From Eutreptiella sp. 'Long Island Sound 2002' (lineage: Eukaryota > Protista > Euglenida), in NCBI GenBank assembly GCA_964036045.1, contig OZ038379.1:6634001-6698000 (forward strand): a stretch of 64,000 nt of DNA, written 5' to 3'. This document shows, piece after piece, positions 47,076 through 58,710 of this stretch. Below the pieces are notes generated by a model. That model was not told the origin of the DNA. It did no database searches and was given only the letters and a program-made list of their open reading frames with translations. How positions within the stretch are numbered: position 1 is the stretch's first letter; every line of letters starts with the position of its first letter. A program made the position numbers and the translations under genes.

Positions 47076-48685
47076 AAGTTGCTTGTTGTTATTTGTTGCT
47101 TGTGTTGTTAGTTGTGGTTGCCCTTCATTCATATCTTTGCTTTTTGACTCAAAATAAACGCCCGGTCTATAGCCGTCTACTGAGCTGTGACTCGATTTTA
47201 CCCTTACCGTACTTTCATTGCTATGAGTAGGGGGCTGGTTTGTTGTGTGTCGCCCCCTGTGGGCTGGCCCTGCTACTGATGTGCCCGCTGCCAAACGTGA
47301 TGAAGTCCGAATCAGCCCCCCCCTCCCAAAACAAATCCGCCGAGGCCCGATTTGGTTCCAGTGCTGCCCCATATTGTGACCGCCTGCCTCTTGCTGGAAG
47401 GTCTGCACCTGCAACAATCCTGCCAAACGCCGACCCCCTTCGTGGCCATGCTCCCACCCTCCGGCAATGGATTCACAGTACTTACCCCCTCCCCCCTCAA
47501 GAGCGCGTGCCACCGCTGTTTTTCTGACCGTAGTTTTTGCGGCCAAGAGTATCCAGTGACGTGGTTGGGTGCCGATTGTGGAGAAAAAGAGGGTGGCAGT
47601 ATTTCCTGTTGATGACAGCGTTCTGTTTGACACTAAAACCCAATGCTCACGGGGGGGGGTCTGACATACTGTAGGATAGTCTGCTTTGTGATATCTATAT
47701 GAGCCCTCTATAACAGTCTTGTCAGGGTACTGCATTGTACCACAGAGAAAGGTGCCTATGGCAATGTCACTAAAGAGCTTTTTGTCCTGACCCTGCTGCT
47801 CTGCAGCCTTGTGCCTGTGTGGTAAAGGTGTGGCAAAGCATACAACATCTGCATCCCACAGCGGGGGCCCTTGGTTTCCATGCGCGACTCCCCCTGTCCC
47901 TGCCCTGGGGGCCCAGTTAGTTGCAAAGGGTGGCCGCGTTTGGCCCATAGTACTGGTGCCGCCGAAGGTGTTGGGTGACGCCGTACGTCAGGTGTCATGC
48001 TCTCCTCCACCCCATGGCGATCGTTGTAAGGTGCATATATGTTGGGGTACCCCCTCCCCCGGCCGCTGGCTAGACCCTCCCCCTCAAAGGAGCCTTCGGC
48101 CCACTTCTACTTGGGGGAGGTGAGTCGCGTATCAACCCGAGGGGTTGGCCCCCGCGTGACCCAATGCCATTCCTGGCAACCAACAGAAAAGGGATGCCAG
48201 GGATCGGAAGCAGGGATGCTCTTGTAACGATGTGATGTCGTGCATCATGGACAAGTCACTGGAACTAAATTTTGTCGGCAAGACGTCTGTATATTGTGTG
48301 GCTGCTGTGCTCATGTGAAACCTGGTCTGGATGAGGTCTGGGTAGGTTTTTGGTGTATCCATCGGATCTCAAAACACGGGTCACAGGCAAGCACCATTTT
48401 GTGTCGAAGCTCCGCCCTGTGCTACGGTCGTTTCCCCGACTCCGGCCGACCAATTGTTCAAGATCTCTATGTTTGCCGAACACCAACAGGGTTCCTTCCG
48501 GTCAGCCCCCCCCCAAATCGACGGGGTTCGCTTGGACCCAACTTATCCAAACAGACCAAACGGCCACATGCCCCCTTCCGGGGTTGTTCGCATTGTGTGG
48601 AGGGCACCTGCGCAAGGGTGTGGGAGGGACATGCCTTGCCACTGGTCTCGATGTCTCGATTCTCCTCCTCCCTCCCGTCTGGCAG

Positions 48686-49377
48686 GCGCCCTGGCATACT
48701 CACACGGCTACCCCATCGCCAACGAGGTCTTCACGCTCACCATCACGGGACTCGGCCTGTCCAACTTCGACTCCTACGCAGTCGTCCCGGAGGCCGAGGG
48801 GTGCGGCGCCCCGACGGCGGTCCCCGTCGCCGGGGTATCCGGCACAACCTCCGCGACCCTCTCCGTGTCGCGTGCCGCCGGGAGCCACGTGGTGTGCTAC
48901 CTCCTCCTGGGCGCGGCCTGGAAGCAGGTTGGCGCGCCGTTCGTCGTCAACGGGGCCTCCGACGCCTACACGACGCCGCACCCGGCGGCGCGAATGACCA
49001 ATTTCACCCTGGTGGTGTCCGGCAGCGGCTTCGACTCCGGTGACAAGGTCGCGACGGTCCCGGCCGCGATGTCCTGCTCCGCAGTGAGCCCTCTCACCGG
49101 GGGTTACCTGTCGGTTGGGCCGGACATGATCAGCCCGGACAACACCACCGTCAATGCCACGCTGGTGCAGTACGCCGCGGGCGCGTACAAGGTCTGCTAC
49201 AACGTCCAGGATCTGGGGTGGCAGCAGGTCGGGACCTACGAGTTGCAGGTCGCCGGGGTGTCGTCGCACACCACGATCGGGAGCCCTGCGGCCGCCGGGG
49301 TGCGCTTCACGTTGAACCTGCACGGCAGCTTCTTGACGGACGAGGATGTCTACGGCATCGCGACACCCGGGCAAGAG
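48686..49377 (+). CDS. Giant repeat surface protein, exon 7
   Basis: Acceptor CCCGTCTGGCAG| is phase 1, matching exon 6 (RID G|ALAYS); donor GAG|GTCTGT, phase 0. Confidence 0.87.
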
Positions 49378-49378
49378 G

Positions 49379-50867
49379 TCTGTTGAGGGCTGCAGGGAAG
49401 GGTAGCGCAGCGCTTAACACGGGGGAGCTGTGACAGTTCATTCCGCCGCAACTACTTCTGCCCGCACCCAGCGGTTTGCCAACCGAATGGTAGTCGCCAA
49501 ACCTGGGCCCACAACCGCTTTTCCAACCATTGTTAACCGCCTCCGGCACCCACTTTTGAACTCCCCCTCCAGTCCCCCACTTCCAATCCCAACAATTATG
49601 ACTGTCCTCCATTTGGAATGCCAGGGTATCTTCCGGCTGTTGTTGCTTTGCAAAATGGCGCTGCATCTGAACTGGTTGCCCCCCCCCCCCCCAAAAAGAG
49701 ACAACACACAAATACAAAAAATAGTAGCAGACACAACCTCCCAACCCAACCCAACCCACCGACAAGCAGCACGATTAACCCGACCACAAATAAATTATCC
49801 GCCACAACAACTATCCGCCGACATTTTCCAGACTCCTGTTCCGACCTTGGTGTGTGGGGCTTGATTTGTCTGGGGTATTGTGCTGTAGTTTTTGATCTTG
49901 CGTGCCGTTGCTTCTCCATGAGGGTCCTTTGGTGCTGTCATGCTTTGTGGATGGTCAGATTGGTTGAAGGGTCATTTGGGCCGTATTTGGCCGTACTGCC
50001 CTCTACGGTGCCCCGCTGGCGCAAATTCCTCTATGGTCCACCCAAGGTGAGCACAACCCCCTCTATGGTGCCCCTACAGTGAGCACATTCCCTCTATGGC
50101 CTCGTGTAGTGATCACTCCCCTCATGGCCACTCAAGAGGGGGCAGACACTCTGAAATGGCGCCCCTTCAGTGAGCACAACCCCCTGCTATGGCCCCCCTG
50201 CAGTGAGGAGAAGCGCCTGTATGGCCCTCCAGGCGGCCCAACAGGACAACAAACAGGGCCCCTCGGTGCTAGCCATGAGGCAAGGGCGGGTGTAAGGCTC
50301 GGGGTGTACGTGGGTGGATTGGAGGGAGAGAAGGAGCGGGAGACCAGGAGGCAGCCCCGAGGGACGCCGCCCCCCTCCCTCCAGATGACGGTAGGCAGGT
50401 CTTCTTGTCCAAAGTAAGGGAAAACTCTCCATCAAAATTGCATCTGCAATGTGCCCCAGAAACGCATGTCAACCATATACATGCCTCCAGCAACAAGCAG
50501 CCCCTTCGTCCATGAAAAATCCGACGGCCAGTCCCTATCCTCTGTCCTGCACCTCATTGCGCCGTGCTCCTGTTCCCAAACAAAACTCCTGCCCCCCCAC
50601 CCGCCATCCATCTGTCAATACCCGCTTTTGCAACCGCTCTTGAAACCGCCTTCATGCCCCTGCTGTGCCCTTGCAGTGCGACAACGTGACGATGGTGGCA
50701 GTTTCTGCCGGTTGGGTGTCGGGTGGTGGCGCGCTGGTGGCAGTGCCGGAGCAGCAGCTGGACGCCACTGGGACGTACACCGTGTGCTACAACTTCCGCG
50801 GCCTGGGTCTGCTGTCCATCACTGACCTGGTGGTGGTGAGCGGGGCGGTGGCCTTCCGGACCGTTGG
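49379..50867 (+). repeat. 1.49-kb direct duplication, left copy (intron 7 from +2 plus first 191 nt of exon 8)
   Basis: Matches 59287-60777 with 4 substitutions and 2 homopolymer indels seen. Confidence 0.95.
50677..50867 (+). pseudogene. Truncated duplicate of exon 8 (5' part), cut by the retrotransposon
   Basis: CDNVT...AFRTVG then runs into element sequence and stops at 50998-51000. Confidence 0.85.
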
Positions 50868-52213
50868 ATGTATGCAGCGCCACTACTGCAACCCACGCAA
50901 ATCACCGCACTGCCCAGGGGAACCCCATCTACGTCTATCACCCCACAGCAATCGCCCGCCTACCCATACCCAGCGACACCGACATCATCTACTTCACTGA
51001 CGCATCCGGCACCCAGCAACCCACCCCCACGGTCGGTTGCGCCTCCGTGCGCATCACCCGGCACGCGGACGGCCTCCACGTGGAACACCACACCGGGGCC
51101 ACCATCTTTGGGGCGTCCTCCCACGGCGAACTGCGCACCATGGCAGACGCCGTCACCGCCACACCGCCACCCACGACGATCCGGCCCCGCAACATCTGGG
51201 TAGTCGTGGACGCCACGGTCGACATCCACCTCACCAGGCGCCTTGCGGACCTGCCCCTCCACAAAGCACTCGAATCCGGCCTCACCACACAAGCGTTGGG
51301 ACTATGGATGGCCTTCAAGGGCATGCACCCCCAGGACACCCTACACATCATCAAGCAGGAGTCACACCGCTACGCATACGGCAATGGACGCGCAGACACG
51401 CAGGCCAAACACCAGAACACCAACCACACCCCAGGGCTCGAACGCGTGCGACTGGACACCCCACACCACAGCCACCTGCAGCACCTGCCCCCGATACCCC
51501 CGGCCACACAGCCCCCCCAATGGATGCCCGAGGACACGCCGTACACGGATCGAGACAAGCAGTACCACTACCCCACACCCATCCAGCAACTGGCCACCAC
51601 ACTGGGCCACCCAGCGAACACCGAACTCCTCCGACGCCTCGAAGACTCCGTCCACACCCCCCTCTACTACTCCGCCCTGCGCCCGGATAGCCTCCCAGCA
51701 CACCTACAAAAGCCCCGACTCCAACTCGCCCTCGAACAACTTCCCCTCCTCACCCGATACCACCGATGGTATACGCGCCGCTCGATCCACGTCCCCGCAG
51801 GACACACCAAATGCATCTGCAGCCACGCGGAAGAAGAAACATGGGACCACTTCAAGGCGTGCCCCCTGTACAGAGGACTGGGCACCCTCACAGACTGGAA
51901 CCCAACCCACACCATCGCACAGCACGCCGGATGGCTGACGCAGTCCCCGGCGACCCAGCAACTCACCACCGTCGTCAAGCAGACGGAGGTGCTCGAGGCA
52001 GTCCGCAGGGGACTCGTCCCCACTGCCGTCTACACCTTGCTACGCACCCACGCGGAGGACCCCCAGGCCACGGCGGCGCACATGCAGCGGACGGCCGTTG
52101 CCAAGACGGCGGAGCAGCTCACATACCGCACCCACAAATACCTGCAGCATGCGGCAACCCTGCCCCCAACAGACCGAGCCCACCTCCTCAAACTCCTGTT
52201 CTACCAACCATGA
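50864..52213 (+). CDS. C-terminal part of a LINE pol: RNase H plus Zn finger
   Basis: IIYFTDASG (D), SSHGELRTM (E), WVVVDATVD (D), ESHRYAYGNGRADTQAK (H...N..AD); CICSHAEEETWDHFKACP (CxC-x9-H-x3-C). Confidence 0.85.
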   Translation: MDVCSATTATHANHRTAQGNPIYVYHPTAIARLPIPSDTDIIYFTDASGTQQPTPTVGCASVRITRHADGLHVEHHTGATIFGASSHGELRTMADAVTATPPPTTIRPRNIWVVVDATVDIHLTRRLADLPLHKALESGLTTQALGLWMAFKGMHPQDTLHIIKQESHRYAYGNGRADTQAKHQNTNHTPGLERVRLDTPHHSHLQHLPPIPPATQPPQWMPEDTPYTDRDKQYHYPTPIQQLATTLGHPANTELLRRLEDSVHTPLYYSALRPDSLPAHLQKPRLQLALEQLPLLTRYHRWYTRRSIHVPAGHTKCICSHAEEETWDHFKACPLYRGLGTLTDWNPTHTIAQHAGWLTQSPATQQLTTVVKQTEVLEAVRRGLVPTAVYTLLRTHAEDPQATAAHMQRTAVAKTAEQLTYRTHKYLQHAATLPPTDRAHLLKLLFYQP

Positions 52214-52228
52214 GAACCTACCCCGTGA

Positions 52229-54805
52229 CATACCAACACGGAACCCCCACCACGTCTACACACCATCCACCGAGCACAGCACTGGCACAACACACACGGA
52301 CGCCACAGGCACCGCACACACTCCCACCAGCATGCGCGCGCCACCAGCCCCCATCCCCCCACGCCGCCGTCCGTCCACAGGTACCACCAACCACCAGCCA
52401 CCGCATGTCCCCTCTGCGTTAGCCGGCGGCTACCACAGACAGCCCTGCCCTGCAACCCAGACCACTGGGTCTGCCTGGGAGCCGCGCACCGCCTCACCCG
52501 CTGCCCCCACTGCGGGGACCTCAACCCCCGCCACCACGGGCGGCCCGCGGCCCCAGCCGCACCCCACCCCGCCAGCCACCCCAGCTTCTTCGGGTTCCTC
52601 ACCGACACCCTCCGGGACCACCTGGGAGGGTACTACGTGGCGGACGCGGCGGACCACGCATGGACCATAGCCGTGGCCACGGGCAGCACACCCCTGCCCC
52701 CCCACAGCCCACCCCTACGCCACAGCGGAGGCGGCTTGAACGTGGCGGCCCGCCACATCCTCCTCGCCCTATACCTCCACCACCGAGACCTACACCTCCC
52801 AGGCCCACAACTCCCGGCCCCCCAAGCAGCAGCCCTGACGCCGGAAGCGTGGGCCGACACGGCACCAGAGGAGATAGCAGCCTACCTCCGAATCACTTGC
52901 CGCCGGTTCAAAAACGCCCTCGGCCGACGGAAGGGAACACCTTACCCCCTCAGCGCACTCCTCTACCCGGCACACCACCCCCACCCCGCACAACAGACGC
53001 CCCTGGAGGGCTGGGCGTCTTTTCGGGACGCCCACCTGGCCGCCCCCGACGAGGCCACCGCCACGCGGATGGGCCTCACGGACCAGGAAACCTACGTCAG
53101 AGGCCTCAAGACGAGCCTCCAAGAGGCACACCGCTGGCACGCCCGCTCCCCGTCGCCCCCACAGGGACAGGGGGGTTCACCCGCCCCCGACACCCACCAG
53201 GCCAAGAAGCCCAAGACAGGTCAGGGGGCCCGCCAACGCGCCCACCAGCAGGGCGCGACGCCCCGACCAAGGCCCGGGTCCAGCCACACCGCACCACCCC
53301 ACGCCCAGACCCCCGGGGCACACCAACAACACCGCCACCGCCAGCGCCCACCACCACCACCGTACCGCAGCACCCAAACCCTGCAGCCCAGTCAGCCACC
53401 ACCGCCCACACACGTCCACACCATGCCAGGACCACCATACGCGCAGAGCCAGGGGACATGGCACCACCAACACCACCACCACGCCCCCGTCCCTCCCAAC
53501 CCCTACCCCCTAATGCCCCCAAGCTACAGCGACCCCCACCAGCTACATCCCCACCACGCCCCAGCACAACCAGGCCCCGCGAACCACCCACCCCACATAG
53601 CGCACATCACCGCACCACACCATCACGTATTCCACCACCACCAGCCCCTGCCACCACACCCACCAACGCCGGGGTACCACACACAACCGGCACACCCTCC
53701 ACACCACCACCACGCGGTCCAGCACCACCCGCCGCCCCCGCTACACGGGCCCACGACATACGAGCCACGGTACACCCCCATGGACCCGCGAGGAGCCGCG
53801 CACGCACACCAGCAACACCAGGGCCTAGTAGGAGCGCCCCACCACCACCAACAGCCCCCCCACCCACACCCCATACCAGCGAGCACCATCCACCAGCAGC
53901 CACCCATCACATACGGACCACAGCCCCACCCGGGGGCTCATGCGGCCGCCTCCCACCCGCACCCCGGCACCACAACCAGTCAAGAACCGCAAGGGCCACA
54001 CGGCGCACACACGCAACACCCACACGACCCACAGGGACGCCCGGACCCCCAGCCGGCACAACACCCACCCCCGCCCCCCCCACCCCACCACCACCAGCAG
54101 CCCCCCCACCCACACCCCATACCAGCGAGCACCATCCACCAGCAGCCACCCATTACATACGGACCACAGCCCCACCCGGACGCTCATGCGGCCGCCTCCC
54201 ACCCACACCCCGGCACCACAACCAGTCAAGAACCGCAAGGGCCGCACGGCGCACACACGCAACACCCACACAACCCACAGGGACGCCCAGACCCCCAGCC
54301 AGCACAACACCCACCCCCGCCCCCCCCACCACCAACAGCGCCACCCCCACACCACCCCCCCCCCGCCCCCCCCCCCGAGACCAGGCCACGGACACAACAC
54401 GCGGCAGCCAGCACCAGCCAATCGACGTCGATACCCCCGCCGACACACGCCACCGCGAATCCCCCCTCCCGCGACCGCCACAAGAGACCCCATCACCGGA
54501 CCCCACGCGCGACAACGATGACCACCCCCCCCAACCCACACCACCCCCCCCATCACACCCCGCACCACCAGTCGCCGCACCGGCCGAACCCTACGCCCTA
54601 CACAACCCCGCAGCGGTACGGCAGCACCTCCGGGGACTCGGGGAACAGGACGTCGTGCTGTACCTCCGCACCTCCGGCACCAGCACCCCCATCCGGGCGG
54701 CCACCCTGGTCCAGGCGGCCACCCTGGGGGAAGGCGTCAGAGACTTCCTCTTCGACGCCTTCCTCCACGTCGCCCGACACGAGCGCCCCCCGCGCGCCAC
54801 CCTAG
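52229..54805 (+). CDS. Element ORF: RING-like Cys motif, helical segment, His/Pro/Gln-rich region with an 82-aa duplication
   Basis: Stop-free frame 52229-54805, start codon unclear; CPLC-x11-C-NPD-H-WV-C...CPHC at 52406-52513; 246-bp repeat ~53840-54330. Confidence 0.55.
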   Translation, partial: HTNTEPPPRLHTIHRAQHWHNTHGRHRHRTHSHQHARATSPHPPTPPSVHRYHQPPATACPLCVSRRLPQTALPCNPDHWVCLGAAHRLTRCPHCGDLNPRHHGRPAAPAAPHPASHPSFFGFLTDTLRDHLGGYYVADAADHAWTIAVATGSTPLPPHSPPLRHSGGGLNVAARHILLALYLHHRDLHLPGPQLPAPQAAALTPEAWADTAPEEIAAYLRITCRRFKNALGRRKGTPYPLSALLYPAHHPHPAQQTPLEGWASFRDAHLAAPDEATATRMGLTDQETYVRGLKTSLQEAHRWHARSPSPPQGQGGSPAPDTHQAKKPKTGQGARQRAHQQGATPRPRPGSSHTAPPHAQTPGAHQQHRHRQRPPPPPYRSTQTLQPSQPPPPTHVHTMPGPPYAQSQGTWHHQHHHHAPVPPNPYPLMPPSYSDPHQLHPHHAPAQPGPANHPPHIAHITAPHHHVFHHHQPLPPHPPTPGYHTQPAHPPHHHHAVQHHPPPPLHGPTTYEPRYTPMDPRGAAHAHQQHQGLVGAPHHHQQPPHPHPIPASTIHQQPPITYGPQPHPGAHAAASHPHPGTTTSQEPQGPHGAHTQHPHDPQGRPDPQPAQHPPPPPPPHHHQQPPHPHPIPASTIHQQPPITYGPQPHPDAHAAASHPHPGTTTSQEPQGPHGAHTQHPHNPQGRPDPQPAQHPPPPPPPPTAPPPHHPPPAPPPETRPRTQHAAASTSQSTSIPPPTHATANPPSRDRHKRPHHRTPRATTMTTPPNPHHPPHHTPHHQSPHRPNPTPYTTPQRYGSTSGDSGNRTSCCTSAPPAPAPPSGRPPWSRRPPWGKASETSSSTPSSTSPDTSAPRAPP

Positions 54806-55680
54806 ACGGCGAGAGCCCGCCCCCCACGGGGAGCCGGATCTGGGTGCCCCCCATCGACTGGGGGCGACACCTGGTCGGACACCCCGTGCCGGGGCGGGTG
54901 GGCACCAAGGGCCGCACCCGCTACCACGAGCCCGACATGGCCCACCCCCCACCCGACGCCACCCCCGACAGCACCAAAGAGTGGGAGCGGGAAACATGGG
55001 TAGCCCGGATGGCCTCCCTGAGCAACTTCCGGCACCGCGTCCCGGGGGACATCCCCACCCCCGACGAGCAGCAGCCAGCCCCCTCCACGTACATGACCCT
55101 CATGTACAATCTGCACTACACCCTCTCCACCACCACCTACGACGCACCCACAGACCACTGGGTGGTACACGGCACCGACTCCCTCCTCCCCGCCGACTAC
55201 ACCCCCCCCCCACACAACCCAGGCCCCGACACGTACGCCAGGGGGGACGACCCGGACGACCCCCACATCTGGGGCACGTGGGAACCCAAATCCCTGGACA
55301 CGCTGCTCTCCATCCGCAGCGGCTACCAGGGCCTTGGTAGGGCGATGTATTGCCTCGCCAAGTGGACCCAACGGACCTGGGGGATCCCCACGGACCGATG
55401 GGTGTGGGTGGTCACGCTGCGCCCCCAGCAGAGGGAAGCCCCCCCAAACCGCAGGGGACCCACCCCCCCACGCCCCACCACCCTACAACTATGCCCGTAC
55501 ATGGTGGCAGCCCGCCTCATGACGCTGCTGTGGACGGGCCCCCACACCCCCACCCAAAACTACCCCCACCTCACAGAGGAGGACATGCCCGGCATCCAGC
55601 GATGCTTCTTCCAGACCCTCGACTACCTCCAGCAAACACACCCGCACGTCCTAGAGCAGATATGGCCACCCCCCGGGTAA
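54571..55680 (+). CDS. Ulp1/C48-like cysteine protease domain (putative)
   Basis: GVRDFLFDAFL, YNLHYTL (His 55114), HGTDSLL (Asp 55177), PQQ (55426), QLCPY (Cys 55492), HLTEEDMPGIQR. The Gln-Cys spacing is atypically long. Confidence 0.55.
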   Translation, partial: VAAPAEPYALHNPAAVRQHLRGLGEQDVVLYLRTSGTSTPIRAATLVQAATLGEGVRDFLFDAFLHVARHERPPRATLDGESPPPTGSRIWVPPIDWGRHLVGHPVPGRVGTKGRTRYHEPDMAHPPPDATPDSTKEWERETWVARMASLSNFRHRVPGDIPTPDEQQPAPSTYMTLMYNLHYTLSTTTYDAPTDHWVVHGTDSLLPADYTPPPHNPGPDTYARGDDPDDPHIWGTWEPKSLDTLLSIRSGYQGLGRAMYCLAKWTQRTWGIPTDRWVWVVTLRPQQREAPPNRRGPTPPRPTTLQLCPYMVAARLMTLLWTGPHTPTQNYPHLTEEDMPGIQRCFFQTLDYLQQTHPHVLEQIWPPPG

Positions 55681-56424
55681 CCCACGTGCCCGCGCAGCCG
55701 AGACAACGCCGCCACGCCAGCACCAGCACGCACGGATCACCAGGGAAAACGCGCGCACACGCCCGATGCCCGAACCTGCACCCTCGTTCTCGCTACTTAC
55801 AGGACCCAGCATCATACGCCCGCCCCCGAGGCCCAGGACCCTCCGCCGTCTCCCACAGCCCTCTCCTCCGCCTCCGACTCCACAACCTCCACCACCACGA
55901 CCACCTCATCCACCACCACCACCACGTCCTCATCCAGCACTCCACCCCCCAGGCCGCGGGGGACACCTCCCAAACGGGCCTCCAAACCCGCCCCCACCGC
56001 GAGCAGCCCCGCCGCCGCCAAGGCCCACGCCCCGACGAAGCCCACACCCACGACCCAGCCGACGCCCAAGACCGCCGCCAAACGGCCACCCAAACCCAAG
56101 GGTCAACCCGCAGCCAAGCCCAAACCCAAGCCCAAACCTGGCGCCACGACGGCAGCGCGAGCCCGGCCCCCCGAGGACGTCCTCTACGACATCCGGCCCC
56201 AGCCGTCCCAGGCCTGAAGGCAGCAGCGCCCAGCGCGGCGCCCCCCCACCGTCACCGACGCCACCGCCACCACCTTCATGGCGGAGCGCGCCGCGGCCGA
56301 AGCGTGACGCACCTCGTCCCGCCACCTCTCAAAGCCCGCACCCCAGGCCCACGGACCGCTCCCGACCAAGCCAGAACAACGCCAGGGTCCACTAGCAGCG
56401 TCCCCGCCCCCCTACCGGCCCTCG

Positions 56425-57123
56425 ATGACAGCCCACATGCAACGCATGCCCCACTACCGCCGCCGCCGCGAATCCCCGCCCAACCCCGAGGCGGAGACCG
56501 TACGCGCACACCCGCGGGTCCACATCCGCGTGCACCCCCACTCCCCACGCACCCCCACGGAACAGGACTACGAGGAATCCCCCAGGCCCGCCACCGCCGC
56601 CGGTCCCCACGACCACGTCACACCCACCCACGCCCACTCCTCCGCCCAAGACCGCAGGCCCGCCCAGGAACAGTGGTGGCAGCGCTGGACCCACACGCAG
56701 CTCTGGGAGCTGCGGAAGTGGGCCCGGGGAGAGCCCTCCCTCGAGGGCCTGGTCCATCGGCCCCGCAAGGGGTCGGTGGAGAACTGCCGCCTCCGGCCGG
56801 CGGGGGGGTGGATGCCGCAGGCCGCATGGGAAGCCATGCTGGCCGATGCGCTCCACCCCCTGGGAGTCCACCCCCGCAACCTCCCCGCGCCCCAGGACCA
56901 CCCGTATGTCCTCAGGCGCCTGCGGGAGACCCTCCAGGAAACGCAGCGAGACGGCATCCGCCTGTGGGACATCACCCAAAGCCCAGCCCCGCACGCACAC
57001 ACCCCCTCACCACCCCACAAGCGTCGGCGCACCGACACCGGCGACACCCACAGCACCCCAGGAGCCCTGCGCGCCACACAACACGACGCGCCTGACCCCC
57101 CGGCCAGCGGCGCCGCCATCTAA
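56425..57123 (+). CDS. Orphan element ORF (232 aa), unknown function
   Basis: ATG-initiated; globular-looking Trp-rich core (QEQWWQRWTHTQLWELRKWARG...) in the element's sense direction. Confidence 0.4.
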   Translation: MTAHMQRMPHYRRRRESPPNPEAETVRAHPRVHIRVHPHSPRTPTEQDYEESPRPATAAGPHDHVTPTHAHSSAQDRRPAQEQWWQRWTHTQLWELRKWARGEPSLEGLVHRPRKGSVENCRLRPAGGWMPQAAWEAMLADALHPLGVHPRNLPAPQDHPYVLRRLRETLQETQRDGIRLWDITQSPAPHAHTPSPPHKRRRTDTGDTHSTPGALRATQHDAPDPPASGAAI

Positions 57124-57850
57124 CCCCGTTACCCAGCAAACCACCACCACGGGGCGCCACGCCAGGCCCCGCCCAGAAGTCACCAAACGAACCGGACGCC
57201 GAAGGAAGCCAACACACACGACAACGAGCACCACTACGCCCAAAGACGCCGAACCCAGGCCCGCTACCGTGGGCTCCTCTCCACCCTCAGCACGACACAC
57301 ACGTCGCTGGCGTCACTCCTCCGCCGTGCCCCCTCCCACGCCACCGCCCCGCCCCCCCCCCCTCCCGCCGCACGTCCCCACGCCGCCCAGCACCCAGCCC
57401 CACACACTGCGCCACAGCATCGCCCTAGTCCGGCTCCTCCACCATCGCGCCACTTGGCACCTCACAGTAGACCGCCGTCCTGTGGTCCCGCTCCCCCCGG
57501 CACCGCTCCCGGGGCCGCACCCGGCCCACGTCGTGTTCGCCCCCACGTCGCGGGCCGCGGACATCCTCCCGCTCCTCGCCGCCACCCCTCCCGGGCATCG
57601 CATACTGCTTGCCGCCAACCCCTCGGTCCTCAGTGAGGTCCTCATCGGGCACGCCGACGCCCTGCACGTGCGCCCGCTGCTGCCCAACCTGCACGCTGCG
57701 TACGCCCCCGGCACGCCCGTCGACCCCTCCGTGTGGGACTCCCAGTGAGGCCACCGGCCACCGGCCGGCCCGCACGCACCACCCCGCACTCGCCTCGGGC
57801 GCACGACCCCGTGGACGCCGCTACCCACACGCCCGGCCCCGCGCAACCGC

Positions 57851-58710
57851 CTAACCGAGCCAGAACCCAAGCACAAATCAAACCCGAGCCACACCCCAAA
57901 ACCGCTAACCCTTGACTCCTAACCAAGCCCGCCGAGGGAACACCGAAACCACAGCCCACACCCACAGCCCACACAGCCGCCTAACCAGCCAGCTCCAGAA
58001 GCAAAGAGACACCTCACCAAACCCACCCTGACCCAAGCCTAACCGAGCCGAAGCCCCAACACAAATCAAACCCGAGCCACACCCCGAAACCGTCAACCCT
58101 TGACTCCAAACCAGGCCCGCTGAGGGAAATACGTAGACACAGCCCACAGCCACAGCCCACACAGCCGCCTAACCAGCCAGCACCAGAAGCAAAGAGACAC
58201 CTAACCAAACCCACCCTGACCCATACCCGTGTACATCAGGACACGCGAGCCGCACCCCTGGGGCGCGACCGCCGCCACAGCACCGACGACACACGCCAGA
58301 GGACACAACGCTATTGCACCGCCGCACCAACTGCCCGTGCCTGTGCCTACAGTGTACGCGCGCCCCTGTTTTTCTCTTTTTTGTTTTTTCTTTTTTTTCC
58401 CCAAAAAAAAAAAAACAAGTAAAAAAAAAAAAAACAAGTAAAAAAAAAAAAAACAAAAAAAAAAAAAAAAAACGAAAATTAGGGGGGGAGGAAGAGGGAC
58501 ACAACCACCCATGGCACACGCGCACCGCACACAGCACGCACACCGGTGAACAGGAGCCCAGTGGCCCAGGACACCGCACATGCAACACAACACACCGAGC
58601 GAGCACACCGGTGAACAGGAGCCAGCTGGCCCAGGACACCGCAGACGCACCACAGCAAACCGCGCGGGCACACCGGTGAACAGGAGCCCAGCGGCCCAGG
58701 ACACTGCACA
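57851..58710. repeat. Element 3'-region repeats: 2 x ~188 bp (57851-58222), T-run/A-run segment (58369-58475), 3 x 65 bp (58541-58710)
   Basis: CTAACCGAGCC...CCCTTGACTCC twice; CACCGGTGAACAGGAGCC at 58541, 58606, 58671. Confidence 0.85.

Noticed and set aside
47960-48490. Possible restriction-like endonuclease fragment of a non-LTR element on the minus strand
   Set aside because: Only a vague PD-like motif in broken frames; not supportable.
52660-54570. N-terminal ~640 aa of the 1006-aa ORF 52660..55680
   Set aside because: Pro/Thr-rich shadow of the overlapping frame in C-rich sequence; only the part from ~54571 looks globular.
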